From assembly GCF_009914755.1 (NCBI RefSeq), contig NC_060934.1: a DNA stretch of 64,000 nt; one strand, written 5' to 3'. Shown one piece after another: positions 1 through 13,842 of the stretch (positions within the stretch are counted from its first letter, which is position 1; every line of letters starts with the position of its first letter). The notes beneath the pieces are model-generated. The model was not told the origin of the DNA. It was given only the letters and a program-made list of their open reading frames with translations, and did no database searches. Source of the DNA: the human T2T-CHM13v2.0 reference genome, Homo sapiens. Made by a program: the position numbers and the translations under genes.

Positions 1-949
1 GAGATGACATTTCCCCTGACCTTCCTACTTCCAGCTGCTGTGCCACCCCTCGCACTCTAGCCACGCTCTTTTCCACCATTCTTCTTCAATTACTTCACAG
101 TTCTCAGTAATTCCAGAAGTAACCTTATTCCGGGGTTTTAAAGCTCTGCATCACTAGGCCCTATCTCCCACAAAGGCATGGTACTGGTCCCTGTTGTTCA
201 GAGGTGTCCCTAGCACCTGGAGCTGGGCCTGGCACCCAGAATGAGCTCAGGAAGTACTGCCTACTCGAGTGACGTCAGTAGGCCTCCTCCTGGCCGCTCC
301 ACCTTGGGTGTCTTTTGGGTAGTCTGTGTGCATCTCGGGCAGAGGGGAGTCTGGTCCTGGGCCTGAGAGGTGGAGAGTGGGTCTGTCCCCTCCTTGTTCT
401 GGGTACTGTGCCTCTATTTATGCAGCCTGAGGTCCCGCTGGAGTTTCAGCTGCACATCATCATGATGACTGGCAGGCACTGGGCTTGGCCGTTACTGCCT
501 CCTACTCTGGGCCTGGGTCTGGGGTTGCAGAGATTGAGGGTATCAAGGAGGGGCAGGAGATAGAGAGATGAGTGCACCCCACAGACTGGGTGTGGCAATC
601 AGAGACAAGAGGCAGTTTCCTGAGAGCCAGCTGTGTGTGCGAGGCAGGAATTTCAGGAGTCCTGGGAACTTAGGAGTTGGAGGGTGGGGTTCATGGAGCC
701 ACTCCCCTCTGGAATCCAGAGGTCAGACCCCTTCTCAGCCTCTGCTCCCACTTCCATGAGAACGGCCTCTGCCTTCCCTCCATGGCCTAGTTGAAGGTTT
801 AGCTTGGCACCCCTTTGACTTACCGGAAAGAATCCCTTGTCCAAGGGTGTCTGTGAGCTCCATGGACTTCCCTGGAAATGTAATGGAGGTGACAGCAGTC
901 ACCTCCTTAGACCCACCAGGAAGATGATCATGAGAGAGACAGACAAGGC

Positions 950-1570
950 CCAGTGTGGGTTGGTGCATACCGCAGCTGGGTCTTTCCCTCACAGCTGGTG
1001 GGATGTGAACTTGCACAGCAACTTTAGAAAAACTGTCCTGCAAGCTGCACATACACAGACCATGAGCCAGGCCTTCCACTCCTGAGCACGCGCCAGCAGC
1101 AGCGTGTACATGTGTTCAACAAAAGAACGTTCAGAGCAGCAGCGCTGTGCATAATTGTCAAAAATGGTAATGACCCACATTCTCTTCCAGGTAGAATAGG
1201 TAAGTAAACCGTGAGCTACTCAGCCAGTGGAATACTCCATGGGATGAGGATAAAAAAGCTATAGCTACAGTGCAGCAACATGGCTGAATCTCACAGAGAA
1301 AACGCTGAGATAAAGAAGCCAGACACGAAATAACACACCTGTATGATTCTGTTTCTGCGACGTTAGAGGCAGGCAAAGACAATCTCTGCGGCGGTTGCTT
1401 TGTGGGGAGATAGTTTCCTGGGAAAGGCATGCAAATCCCGCAGTGTCCTGTGTCTGACCTGGAAGTTTGCTCTGCACGTCTTCACTTTGCCACGATCCAT
1501 TGAACGGTGGCAGTGTGATTGTGTGCTTTGTCTTTGTGTGTTATCCTTCAATAGGACATTTAAAAGAAAA
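950..1570 (+). mobile_element. Ancient L1M (L1ME-like) 3' fragment
   Basis: Degenerate L1M 3'-end motifs (gtggaatactcc..., gcaacatggctgaatctcacag...aagaagccagacac...tgtatgattc); boundaries approximate. Confidence 0.6.
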
Positions 1571-1579
1571 CCCCCATGA

Positions 1580-1974
<395 letters not shown>

Positions 1975-2981
1975 CGATGGTCTGTTTTTATCTCCTCTGT
2001 CTCCACCAAGTGTCAGACTCTCAAGCTTCCTCTTCACAAGCCTGCCCCCTGGCCCTCCACATCCCCCCAGGATCTGCCATTTCCTGCCCGCTAATTATGT
2101 AGAGCATTTTAGGTTTGACGAGGCTCCTGCCCCCAAATAACAAACTCAGACCCAGCATCAGGCGCAGCGCACCAAAGGGCACTGTGAATAGGACCCAGGC
2201 TCTGTGAGAAGGCAGCTCAGGGACCATATTTTGTGATATTAACATGTTCCTCGGAGTCTCATTCCTCAACCCAAGAGGCAGACCAACATATTATTTCTCC
2301 AAATAAATACAGCGTGGTCCCCAAGAGGAATTCCCGGGGTGACTGTTGAGAAAGTAAAAGTGCCTCCTTCTCCTTTGTCTTGTTTTACAGAAAGGCAGAC
2401 AGAGGATTGGGGAGGGAGGGTGGTGGGCATGGCACTGGCCAAGATGGGACCAGAGCCAGGATCCCTGCTCTGGGCATCTAGTGCTGCCTCCTCTCTAGCG
2501 CCTGGGTCCAGGGCGGGCGGTGGTCGGGTTGTGGCCGGATGCTGTTTCCTTACCCAGGGTTTGCATCCCTGGCAGGAGGTCTGTTGGGAAAGAAATGCCT
2601 AAGCACCCACACCCAGGCTTATTTGTTTGAGGAGATGAGCCTGCAGGCACACATTGTACATCTCAGGCAGTGTGGACACTTGGGCAGACAGGAGAGCTGG
2701 GGGAAGGGCACCCCGCTAGACACTGGGCACCCCAGATGCCATTAATTCAGGCCTCTACACCCTGGAGAGTTCCTGCAGCTAAACATGTTTTACATCAAAC
2801 TGCAGTCTCCTCCCTCGCGATCCCACAGCAAAGTGGGAGCTCCTGGGCCTCACCGGTCCAGGGCTGGAAAGAAATAGTGGGGAGAGGAAATGAAATGAGG
2901 CAGCACACATGTTAGCCCTGGGATTAAGATGGGACCTCCTTCTCAGTCTCTTGTCACAGATTGCTAAATATTGTGGGCGTT

Positions 2982-3187
2982 CAGTAGTGGCATGTGGCTA
3001 AATATTTAACAGTCTGATCTCCAGGAGGCGGAGGGGAAGCCCTGCTTTGTCATGTGTGCCAATTTCTGTGGTGTAAATGCTCCCACCACGGCCAGTTTCC
3101 AGCTACCAACCATCAACTGGTTCTTGAAATTTCTGAAGTTTTAACAACCAACTCTCTTGCACAGGTGTAACCTGGCTCCAGCAGCAA
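2982..3187 (-). mobile_element. MER63A-like hAT DNA transposon relic
   Basis: Matches recalled MER63 consensus (ggtgtaaatgctcccaccacggcc...ttccagctaccaac; ends ...ggctccagcagca). Confidence 0.65.
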
Positions 3188-3407
3188 GTCCTGGGGAGGG
3201 GACTGGCCTTTGAACCCTCCACAAGCTAGCAGGTTTTGGAATTTGTCTGCAAGGCCACAGTAAAACATACAATAGAGGTTGCAACATATTCTCTTAGACC
3301 AAGATGTATAGTGTGCCCCTGTGCTTTTCCCAAGGCTCTTCCGCTAACTTTGCCTACAGTATGAAGGAGTTGCAAGTAGGGTTGAACTAAACACATGGAA
3401 TATTCTT

Positions 3408-3720
3408 TTTTCTTTTTCTTTCTTTCTTTTTTTTTTTTTTTTTTGTTTTTCGAGACAGAGTCTCACTCTGTTGCCCAGGCTGGAGTGCAGAGGCACGATC
3501 TCAGCTTACTGCAGCTTCTGCCTCCCAGGTTCAAGCAAATCCTAAGTAGCTGTGATCACAGGCATGCGCCACCACGCCCAGCTAATTTTTGTATTTTTTA
3601 GTAGAGACAAGGTTTTGCCATGTTTGTCAAGCCGGTCTTGGACTCGGGCGGCTCAAGTGATCCACCCACCTCGGCCTCCCAAAGTGCTGGAATACAGGTG
3701 TGAGCCACAGTGCCCGGCTG
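3408..3720 (-). mobile_element. Alu (S/J-type) with short internal deletion
   Basis: Reverse Alu; perfect 14-bp TSD CATGGAATATTCTT at 3394-3407 and 3721-3734; lacks the tctcctgcctcagcct segment near 3540. Confidence 0.93.
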
Positions 3721-5067
3721 CATGGAATATTCTTGTTCAGAAAAAGTACCAGCAGAATTAGAGAGCACACTAGTTATCATTATTTCAAAAGTGCCTCTTT
3801 CAGATATTAAATTAAGACTGACTTTTTAAAAACATCCAATACTATTTTAACCCCTTCCAAAACAGAATGTATCACAGTTGGCCAGCGCAAAGTATTTCCA
3901 TGATTATCTCATTGGATTCCCCAATACAGAGTGTGACTAGTCCCACTTCACAGGTAATCTAGCGAGACTGTGCACTTTATCATCCAAACCGGAACAGTTT
4001 TGAGGCTGTCAGGCAGTACCTGTTATGCTAGGGCAACAGGAGTAAGCAGGCTCCTTCCCAGCCCCCGTAGGTGAGGAGCACGGACCCTGGAGAGGTTCGC
4101 TGACTTGCTCAAGGCCCCACAGCTGCAAGCAGGACTGAGTGCTCCTCTGGGCTCCACAGGGAAACAGTGTTCTCGGGCTGACTAAGGGTAGGTGTGCATG
4201 TTCCCCTGGATCTACAGACTCCTCTGGAGTCACAGGGGTTGCGGACACTTTTCCCTCAGTGGCATCCAGCTCTTTGGAGCCTTTCCTGAGAGCCAGTTCT
4301 GAAGGGTGAAGGCCTGGAGTGCCCATGGTGAGGATGGGAACAACGGGGTGTGGTGGCATAGGGAGGGGAAGGCAGCTTCCACCCGCTCACCATTCTGTCT
4401 CTTTGTTGAGAGCCTCCGTCCACAGACTTTGGCACCTGTACAGGGTAGCCTGACTTTGGAAAGCTTGCTGGGCATGGCAAGGCTGTGGCGGGAGACGGCA
4501 GGGAGAGGCTGCTGGTATGTTTCCTTTCCTCTCTATCCAACCCCATAGACCCTACATCACTACACCTGGCCTGGCTATCTGATTTGCAACAGGGGAAGTG
4601 GCTCCAAGAAGCGACATCTCCCAAGCTATTATTTGCCTCCCATTTTGTGCTGGGTGGAGAAGGGGAAAACATCCTTACTGTGGCCAGAAATGGACCACAT
4701 CTGTCAGGCCACCCTCTATCCTTCCATTACTGGAACTCAGTCCTCATCCTGGAGGATCACATCAGCCAGGTGCCTCAGCACCTCCTCCAGGAAGCCTTCC
4801 CAGAATCCTTCTTCCAAAGAAGAATAAAGCCTTCTGCCCCGCAGTCTCAATGCCTTTGTTGTGCCTAGTTACTGGGCTGGGGTGTGTAAATGCCTCTGTC
4901 CCGCTAGAGGGTGAACTTCTTATAGGCAGTCCCTCTACCTTGTCTAGTTCTCTCTCCCTGCAGAGCCCTGTGCAGAGGAGGCACTCAGCAAATAGGCAGG
5001 CTGCAGACCGGCATGGTGAGCAAGACTAGGACTTGGTGTGGCACACACCTGGGAGATTCCACCTTTA

Positions 5068-5345
5068 ATAATCGTTCATTTATTGAATACTTACTACCTG
5101 CTAGACGCAGTCTTAAGATATGACACATATTCCCGGCTTTCATCACTATGCAATATATTCATATAACAAAAGTGCTCTTGTATCCCCTAAATCTGTTTTT
5201 TTTTAAAAAAAGACATCACACATATTAACTCAATTAACTCTAACAACAACCCTAGGGCAGAAGGTACTATTATTTTTCCCACTTGTCAGATGGAAAAACT
5301 GAGGTTCAGGAGGGTTAGGCACTTTGCTCATCTCACACAGCTTGG
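5068..5345 (-). mobile_element. MIR interrupted by a tiny L1 3' end
   Basis: MIR core (cccacttgtcagatggaaaaactgaggttcagg...gttaggcactttgctca) in reverse of consensus; interrupted at 5132-5209. Confidence 0.75.
5132..5209 (+). mobile_element. ~80-bp extreme 3' end of an L1PB/L1MA element
   Basis: ttcatcactatgcaatatattcatataacaaaagtgctcttgtatcccctaaatct matches the L1PB/MA terminus; 17-bp TSD AAGATATGACACATATT (5115-5131) / AAGACATCACACATATT (5210-5226). Confidence 0.75.
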
Positions 5346-6348
5346 GGAGAATACAGTGCAAGGGTGTGGGATTCAGAGGCAGAGTGCTTGTGTCTATAGC
5401 CGGGCTCTACCACCTAGGGCAATTAACCTCTCTGTGCCTCAGTTTCCTTGTGAGTCAAATGGGATTACTAATAATTTATTTCCCATTCCCAGGAGGAAGG
5501 TCTCCTTCTCCCAGGGTTTGTAGGAGGATCAAAGGGGATAATGGATGTGGACGATCTCTGTAAATCGCAGGATGTTGTACAAATGTCAGGCATTAATACG
5601 TGTTGACTCGAATACTCTCTCTCACAGCCCCTCTGGTCTTCAGAAGACATGGTTCTTCCAAAAACCAATCCCCTGGGATAAAAACTGGCATTTCCTAATC
5701 CCTTCCAAGCACAGAGGCAATTTGATGTCCACAAAAGACTTCTTGGGAGAATTCGATGACCTGATTAAAAGGAAGTTGTGGGGCAGGTGTCTATCTTGCG
5801 AAAAACATTGACCAGGGCCCTGTCTTCAGCAAGGTTGTCCCAGAGGGGATTTTCCCGTTCTTTTTCTTTGGAAAAAAAATTTAAGAATTACTAAATATTG
5901 AAAAGATTAGGAAAAGCAGACTGGCACAAACATGAAAATTAAAATATCCTATAATATCCCATTACCCAGAGAGAATGGTTCTGAGTTCTGGGTGAAGTTT
6001 CTGGGTTGTTATGATACTAGATAGAGCCAAGCACCCAGAAATTCCCAGATCACAACTCCCCTTCCCCAACCCCGTGCGGAATTCTGATCGAGGAACTTGT
6101 ATACAAGAAACAGTGGCCGGATGAGATTCCAATTGCTACTCTATGAGTAGATTTATGAATGAATGTGGAACCCTGGTAAGGGATAGGATGGAGAATATGG
6201 CCCAGGCCTGAAGCCTTTGAGGGGCTTTCTACCCCTTTCCCACGAAATCAAAGCCGGCAGCCTCTTTGGGGCAGGACCGACCTGCCTTCTGCAGCCTGGG
6301 ACAGGGGTGGAAGAAGTGCTTCACTAGTGGCTGTTCAGTGCAGTGACC

Positions 6349-6364
6349 TTGCCCCCTAGTGAAG
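6349..6364 (-). promoter_or_regulatory. Candidate CTCF site
   Basis: Minus strand CTTCACTAGGGGGCAA resembles the CCACYAGGGGGCR core; motif match only. Confidence 0.3.
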
Positions 6365-6559
6365 GTGGCCCCCAAATATCCTAGGCTTGGACCACTCTCA
6401 ATTAAACTCCTCCTCGCTTATGAGGTGGAGGAGAGGAGAGGGTGGGAAGAGGGGCCAAAGTGTAGAGACAGGTGGGAGTTCCCTCCACCAATAACTCTGG
6501 CTCACACTTTATAGACAGCCATCCAAACTTTATTATCTTTTGACAAAAATAGATTTCTA

Positions 6560-7345
6560 TATCATTTGTAATTAATTTTATTTTCACTGGTTAATACATG
6601 CATGTGATAAATAAGTCTAACAGTACAAAAGAGAACAGAATGGAAAATGAATTCCCCTCCCATCCCTGTCTCTCCACCCCTCATTTGCCTCTGAAGGGAC
6701 CCCCACTATTAGCAGTTTTCTGAGTCTTTCTAAAGATGGTCTAAAGACGTGATGGTGTGTATGCATCATTCTTCATGGCTCAAGGTATTCCATTGTGTGG
6801 CGGCACCTGGAATCATTTGACTAAAGCTTAATCACTGGGCAACCAGGCACTTCTTAAGAACACTTGATTAACATTTAGATACACATCCTTGAGGCATTTC
6901 TTCAGATTAATACTTAGGAGTAGGATCACTGGGTTGAAGAGTATGCCTGTGTTAAAGAGTCTCAGGTTTGACAGCCCAATCGCCCCCACCTGGAGAAGGA
7001 CAGCCCCACTTCTCACTCATACCCACAGTATACCATCATGATGAGCTTTTCCCGACACACAAACCAACACTGGATTGAGCGAATCTTTGCTAATTTGCTA
7101 CGTGTTAAGTTGCATCTTACTATTATTTGAGTTTGCATGTCATGAATTATTAGTGAAGTTGACAATTTTTCTAATTTTCCTTCTGGTTTATTGGCTCTTT
7201 GAATTTGTGAATTCCTAGTTTATCTTTTCCCAATGGTTTGAAGTGCTCTTTGTATTAAGACTGTTAACCCTTTGTCTTTCATATATGGTAAAAATGTTTT
7301 TTTTCCAGTTTGTTATTTGCCTTTTGGCTTTGTCACAGCGTTCTT
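6560..7345 (-). mobile_element. Highly degraded L1M fragments
   Basis: AT-rich tract with reverse L1M motifs (gtattccattgtgtgg, taggagtaggatcactggg, ttaaccctttgtct); boundaries approximate. Confidence 0.55.
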
Positions 7346-9261
7346 GGGAAGAATGTAATAAGATTTTGGGGTATATAAATAGCTGATATAAAATGGTACT
7401 TTCCCCCTTTTCTGAGAATCAAACAGAAAAAATGAAATTGAAGGGAGACAAGCAAGATCTGACAATGACTTAGGAAGGACTTCAGTTACAGGGCTTTCCA
7501 GATTTTAAAGAGAGTGAGTGATCCTGGGCCACTCACAGTCTGTCTCTGGGCTCCCAGCTTGACCCACCCAGCCCTGCTGCTCCCCACCGTGATGCACAGC
7601 CACCTGAATAGCTTGTCCTCTGGCCATGCCTGCAGAGCGTTTAGGCCGGTGTTGGACTCAGTACACCCTTAATAAATAGGAGCTGTGGCTGATTCTTCCA
7701 TTCACTTGACAGATATTTCTTGAATGGCAATTATGTCCCAGGCACTGTTCTGTGTCTTAGGATGCTGGAGTGAACAAGACAGACACAAGTCCCTGTCCTC
7801 TGGTGGAGCTGACATTGTAGAGAGGGGAGAGAAGTGTTGCTGCTGCTTGTTGTTAAGGGGTGCTGGGTGGGGAAGGCTCAATTCTAGAAAGAACTTTAGA
7901 AGTGACTTAGTTCAATCTCATGATGGGCCAGATGGGGAAACTGAGGCCCAGTGACAAAGTGACTTGCCAAGGTCACCAAGCCAGACAGTAGTAAAGATAG
8001 AATTAGAATTGAGGTGAATAAAGGCCGAGGGTACCTCCCAGGCATTATTTTTGTACAGGTAGGTGGGTTCATTGCTATGAATTAAACCATCTGACACCGA
8101 CTTACCTTGGCAGGGAGGGATGGTAAGATGTCAGCTGGCCAGAGATGAGGGGAGGTAGTGTTCTGGAGGGGCTACAAAGCGGGATGGGGAGTGGGACACA
8201 GACAGACCCAGGCTCCCCTGCATTTGGAGGATGTTTGCTCACCCACCATCCTACTTGTAGGGACAGAGAGAGAGACAGAGAGAAAGAAAGAGGGAGGCAG
8301 GACTCAAGTGTGGGGCAGAATGAGCTGCCATGAGCCAGTTTCACCTGAGATGGTTGTACCATGAACCTTGGGGACCTGGGGACCAGCCCAACTCAGCTGA
8401 CCCTGCTGCAGGACTGTGGGCATGTCACCTCCTACTGCCAAGCTGGCTGTGGGCTGTGGCCCTTTGCTGCCCTCTTCACACTCAGGTGGGCTTCATGCCT
8501 TTAGCACTGCAGGAGGCCACTCTTGTCAGGTCCTTGGTTCCCCATGCTTTAGGATGTGACCTGCTTGACTTGTGCCCCTGAGGCACTGAGTCAGAGCCTC
8601 CTTCCCAGGGGAACAGGGACCTGAGAGGCACCCAGCTAAGTTCCCTGACTATGCATCCTCAGGGCACTTGGTGAAGGGAGGTAGTTGTACCAGCAGGTAC
8701 TCAACAAATAATACTGTTCGCCTAATGAATGAAAAGGATGATAACAATGTCCAGTCAGGCATCCCAGCTCATGGAGATGTGAACATGAAGCGGCTAGTTT
8801 TCCCCCCAGTAACTGTCGATACCCTGTTAACACACCCACCCTGGAGGATCGAGCTCCATTAACCACAGCTTCCTGACTTGTTTATTAAGTAGTCTTACTC
8901 CCGTTCTCTAAAAGCCAGTTCTGTTTATTTAAATCCTGCAGGCTCCCATTTAATTCAAGGCTCTTGCTGTCCTACTCCCCATCTTTGACATCCAGGAGGG
9001 AAAACACTCCCCTCCTTTCTAGATTCCAGTCTCTTCTGATATTGGTGGGTGGTGGGGTTGGGCAGGATGGGGCAGGCAGTGGAGGGTTGGCTGCCTGGGC
9101 TTGTCTGGGAGGCCCTGTGGGGAGCTGGGCCCCACATTGGTGGTCCTGTGGACGTCCACGTGAGCCCTTGCTCTCCTCTCTTCCCAGCTGCAGCCTTGAA
9201 CATCATCCTCTGGACAGCAGGATGCCCCTGACCACTATCTCCATCCTGGCATCATCGTCAT

Positions 9262-9470
9262 AAGAACCATCATTTACTGAGAGTGTACTATGTGCCAAGT
9301 GCTGTTCACACCTCAGTGCTCGTGCTGATGACAACCCTGTGAGCTAGTCCTAGATTTTCCGCATTTCACAGGTGAGAAAATGCACACTTAGGAGGTGTAG
9401 CAACTTGCTCAAGGCCTCTCAGAAGCAGCATTTATACCCAGGCCTGCCCACTTCCAAGGCCCAAGCTCCA
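9262..9470 (-). mobile_element. MIR
   Basis: catttactgagagtgtactatgtgccaag...acaaccctgtgag...catttcacaggtgagaaaa...aacttgctcaagg. Confidence 0.7.
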
Positions 9471-10456
9471 CAAAGCCTCTGTGGCTGAGTGTGGGGCTGG
9501 TTCTCCATGTGGTGGGAGAGCTGGCTTTTATCAGGGGTCCCCCAGGAGCGTGCTCTACCCTCAAAGCCCCTCTTTCCCCAGGAGGGTCAGGAAAGAGGAA
9601 TGTTGAGATGAGACTCCCTATACCCTGAAACCCCTAGGGCAAGGAGCAGGGTCTCTAGGTTCTGGGCTAGGAATACCACCAGCACATTTAGGCCAGAACA
9701 AGAAAGAATCTCCTGATCAATGGCTCTTGTTGGATTTGAGGAAGGGGGTCCAGGGGGCTTTCTGGGCCACGTCCATGATGCCCTGGGATCCTCGCTGTTG
9801 CTCCTCCTGGCCCAGGAACTCTCAGTGGGGCTGGGGCTGGGAGGCGTCCATGAATCAGGGGGCAGAGGAAAGGGAAAGCATGTGGAGGGGCCGGGAAGGA
9901 GTGCTGAGACCCACCTTATGGTATGGCACACTGCTTCCTTGCAGGCCTCGCCCCATTAGCTCAGGGTTAATTACACCAGCAGGACAGGGATGCTGTGGCA
10001 GGCAGGAAAGCTTTTCTGGGAGTGTCCCAGCCTCACAGTTGACATGTGCAAGCCGCACTCGTGTCTCCTGACCAGGATACCTTTGTTATGGTGAGGCAGG
10101 GAGAACGAGACCATTTTTCAAATCAGACGGGGGTCCCTCCTCCAGGGACTTCAGAAACACCCCCTATGCCTACCACAGGGCCCAGCTCAGACCCTCTGCT
10201 CAGACCCTGGCTACCCTCCCCCATCCCTAAACCACTCATGGGACCTCTTTGCACAGAGGTATTATGGTCACAGGGATGGGTGGACCCAGGAATGGATGGG
10301 TTCACTCTTTGGGCCCAGCCTTTGCCTGTACTGAAAACATCCAGTTTGAGTTCTGCCTGCACACCTTGAAGCAGGTAATGCTATCAGACACCTCAGGTCA
10401 CTCAGCCATACCTCTCCCTCCTGGGCTGACCAGCTCTACACAGGCTGGTAGCCTCC

Positions 10457-10873
10457 TGATATAGTTTGGAGGCTTGGCCCTTCCAAATCTCACGTTGAAC
10501 TGTGATCCCCAAATGTTGGAGGTGGGTTTAGTGGGAGGTGTTTGGGTCATGGGGGTGGATCCCACATGAATGGCTTGGTGCCCTCCCCTCGGTAATGAAG
10601 GAGTTCTTGCTCTATTAGTTAACCCAAGAGCTGGTTGTTAAAAAAGCAATGTGGCACCTCCTTCCTCTCTCTTGCTCCCCCTCTAGCCATGTGATGCCAT
10701 CTCCTCTTCATCCTCTGCCATAAGTAAAAACTCGCTGAGGCCTCACTAGATGCAGATGCTGGTGCCATGCTTCTTGTACAGCCTGCGGAACCATAAACCA
10801 AATAAACTCCTTTTTAAAATAAATTACCCAGCCTCAGGTATTCCTTTATAGCAACACAAAACAGACTGATAGA
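10457..10873 (+). mobile_element. MSTB-like MaLR solo LTR
   Basis: tgatatagtttgg start, aaataaa signal, MST 3' end; perfect 5-bp TSD CCTCC at 10452-10456 and 10874-10878. Confidence 0.9.
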
Positions 10874-11019
10874 CCTCCCTCAGGTGCAACCTGACAGTGA
10901 CTCACCTTACTCCAGGTGCGAATGAGGCCCCCTTGTCATGACGTGAGACATCTGCAGGAATCTAGGTGGCACTTCTGCATGTGCAAATCGGAAATGTGTC
11001 AATATGTGTGCAGACACCT

Positions 11020-11595
11020 GTGTGTGTGTGCACGTCTCTCATGTCTCCCTCTGTCTCTGTGTGTGTGCATATGTCTCTCCTGTCTCTGTCTCTGTGTGTG
11101 TGCACATGTCTCTCATGTCTCCCTCTGTCTCTGTGTGTGTGTGTGCATATGTCTCTCCTGTCTCTGTCTCTGTGTGTGTGCACATGTCTCTCATGTCTCC
11201 CTCCATCTCTGTGTGTGAATATGTCTCTCCTGTCTCTGTCTCTGTGTGTGTGCACATCTCTCATGTCTCTGTGTGTGTGTACATATCTCTTGTGTCTCCC
11301 TATGTCTCTGTGTGTGTGCACATGCCTCTTGTGTCTTCCTCTGTCTCTGTGTGTGTGCACATCTCTCGTGTCTGTGTGTGTGTGCACGCATGTCTCTCGT
11401 GCCTCTCTGTGTCTCTGTGTGTGTGTGCACATGTCTCTCCTGTCTCTGTCTCTGTGTGTCTGCACATGTCTCTCGTGTCTCTGTCTCTGTGTGTGTGCAC
11501 ATGTCTCTTATGTCTCTCTCCGTCTCTGCATAGGTGTGTGCGTGCATGTCTCTTGTGTCTCCCTCTGTCTCTGTATGTGTGTGTGCACATGCCTC

Positions 11596-11633
<38 letters not shown>
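11020..11633. repeat. TG/TC-rich minisatellite (~33-39 bp units) ending in a pure (TG)n microsatellite
   Basis: Repeated gtgtgtgtgcacatgtctctc(a/c)tgtctc(cctc)tgtctct units; (TG)n at ~11597-11633. Confidence 0.95.
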
Positions 11634-11637
<4 letters not shown>

Positions 11638-11723
11638 GGCAGTTAATGCCCACAGGCAACCTTTGACCAATGGGAGATGAAAACTAATGAATAAATACTT
11701 CCTGTGTTTATTGCCCTCGGGGC

Positions 11724-12402
<679 letters not shown>

Positions 12403-13840
12403 TTCCTCCCTTGCTCCCCCAAAATTCACGTCCCTCTCACAGGCAAAATACATTCATTCCATCCCAGTAGCCCCACAAACAATAACTCATTTCAGCATCA
12501 GCTCAGAAGTCTAAAGTCCAGAGTCTTATCTAAATATCATCTAAATCAGATATGGCTGAGACTTAAGGTACCTCCATCCTGAAGCAAATTGCTTTCCAGC
12601 TGTGAACCTGTGAAATTAAACAATTTATGTGCTTTCAAAATGCAACAGTGGGACAGGCATAGGATAGACATGTCCATTACAAAAAGAGAAGTAAGAAGAA
12701 AGAGGTAACTGGTCCCAAGTAAGTCCAAAACCCAACAGGGAAAACAACATTAAATCTTAAAGCCTGCAAATAATGTCTTAGACTTGTTGTCCTACTTCTG
12801 GACAAACTGTGGTAGGGGTTGGCTCACGTGGCTTTGGGTGGCCGTGCTCCCATGGCTGTGCTAAGCACAGCCCACACTGCAGCCCTAATGGGTTGGAATC
12901 ACATGTATGTGGTTCTCCCAAGGTAGAATTACCTTCTGGTGGCTCTACTGGCCTGCAGTCTAAGGGGCAGCTCTAGCTCTGCCCCTGTGGGTCCACTGGA
13001 CATCACTCTAGTGGAGGATCTCTGTGGTGGCCCCACCCCTGTGGCAGTTCTTGGGCTGGGACCTGAGGTTCTCCAGGGCATCCCTTGAAATCTAGGTGGA
13101 GGTAGCCATGTCCCCACAACTTGTTCACTCTGCACACTCCTGGAGTTGGCACTGTGTTGATGCCACCATGGTTCCTCATCTGTGCCTACCTGATAGTTGG
13201 CCCAAGCCACACCTGAGCTCTCTTGAGCCACAGCTGGGTGACCAAGGAGCATTGTACAAGAATTTGGGGAGAAGAGCTTTGAAACCATTCTGCCCCCGAT
13301 GCCCGGGCATTCTGGTAAAGGGAGTGGCAGTCTTGAAGACTGCCAAAATATTTTGGGGATTATTCATCCATTGTCTTGATGAATAGCATCTGGCCAACCT
13401 TCACTTGGCCACACACTGTTGGTGTTATCTCTCAAACACACTTTTACATTCTTTACAACCTGGCCAGGCTAAGAATTTTCCAAATCTTTAAGTTCTGCTT
13501 CCCTTTTGACTATAAATTGCATCTTTAATTAATTTATATCTTCTTGTGTTTTTACCACAGTCAAGAGAAGCCATGCCACATCCTCAATAACTTTGTTTAG
13601 AGATTTCTTCCACTGAATGTCTTGTTTCATTGCTCAGAAGTTCTAGCTTCCACAAAGCACTAGGACAGGAACACAATACTACCAAATTCTTTGCCATTTT
13701 ATAACAAGGATCACTTTTCCTCCAGTTTCCAATAACATATTCCTCATTTCTATCTGAGACTTCATCAGAATGGCCATTACCATCCATATTTCTATGAACA
13801 TTCTATTAATGATCACTTAGCTCCTTTCTAAGAAGACTGG
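12403..13840 (-). mobile_element. MaLR internal sequence (MLT1A/MST-int), truncated, no second LTR seen
   Basis: Contiguous with the LTR; MaLR-int motifs (caaaatacattcattccatcccag, cagctgtgaacctgtgaaattaaa); minus ORF 13584-13787 DGNGHSDEVSDRNEEYVIGNWRKSDPCYKMAKNL resembles the MaLR ORF. Confidence 0.8.
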
Positions 13841-13842
13841 GT

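Noticed and set aside
1180-1206. Possible 9-nt microexon TTCCAG/GTAGAATAG/GTAAGT
   Set aside because: Inside an L1M relic, short pyrimidine tract, no host gene evident
8100-8119. ACTTACCTTGGCAGGGAG resembles the 5' end of U1 snRNA
   Set aside because: Similarity stops after ~18 nt; better explained as a minus-strand splice donor or chance
11020-11600. CRISPR-like periodicity of ~35 bp
   Set aside because: No unique spacers, eukaryotic context, no cas genes
10916-11670. Long Cys/Val-rich and His/Thr-rich ORFs up to 226 aa
   Set aside because: Translations of the TG/TC minisatellite, open in nearly all frames because the repeat lacks stop codons
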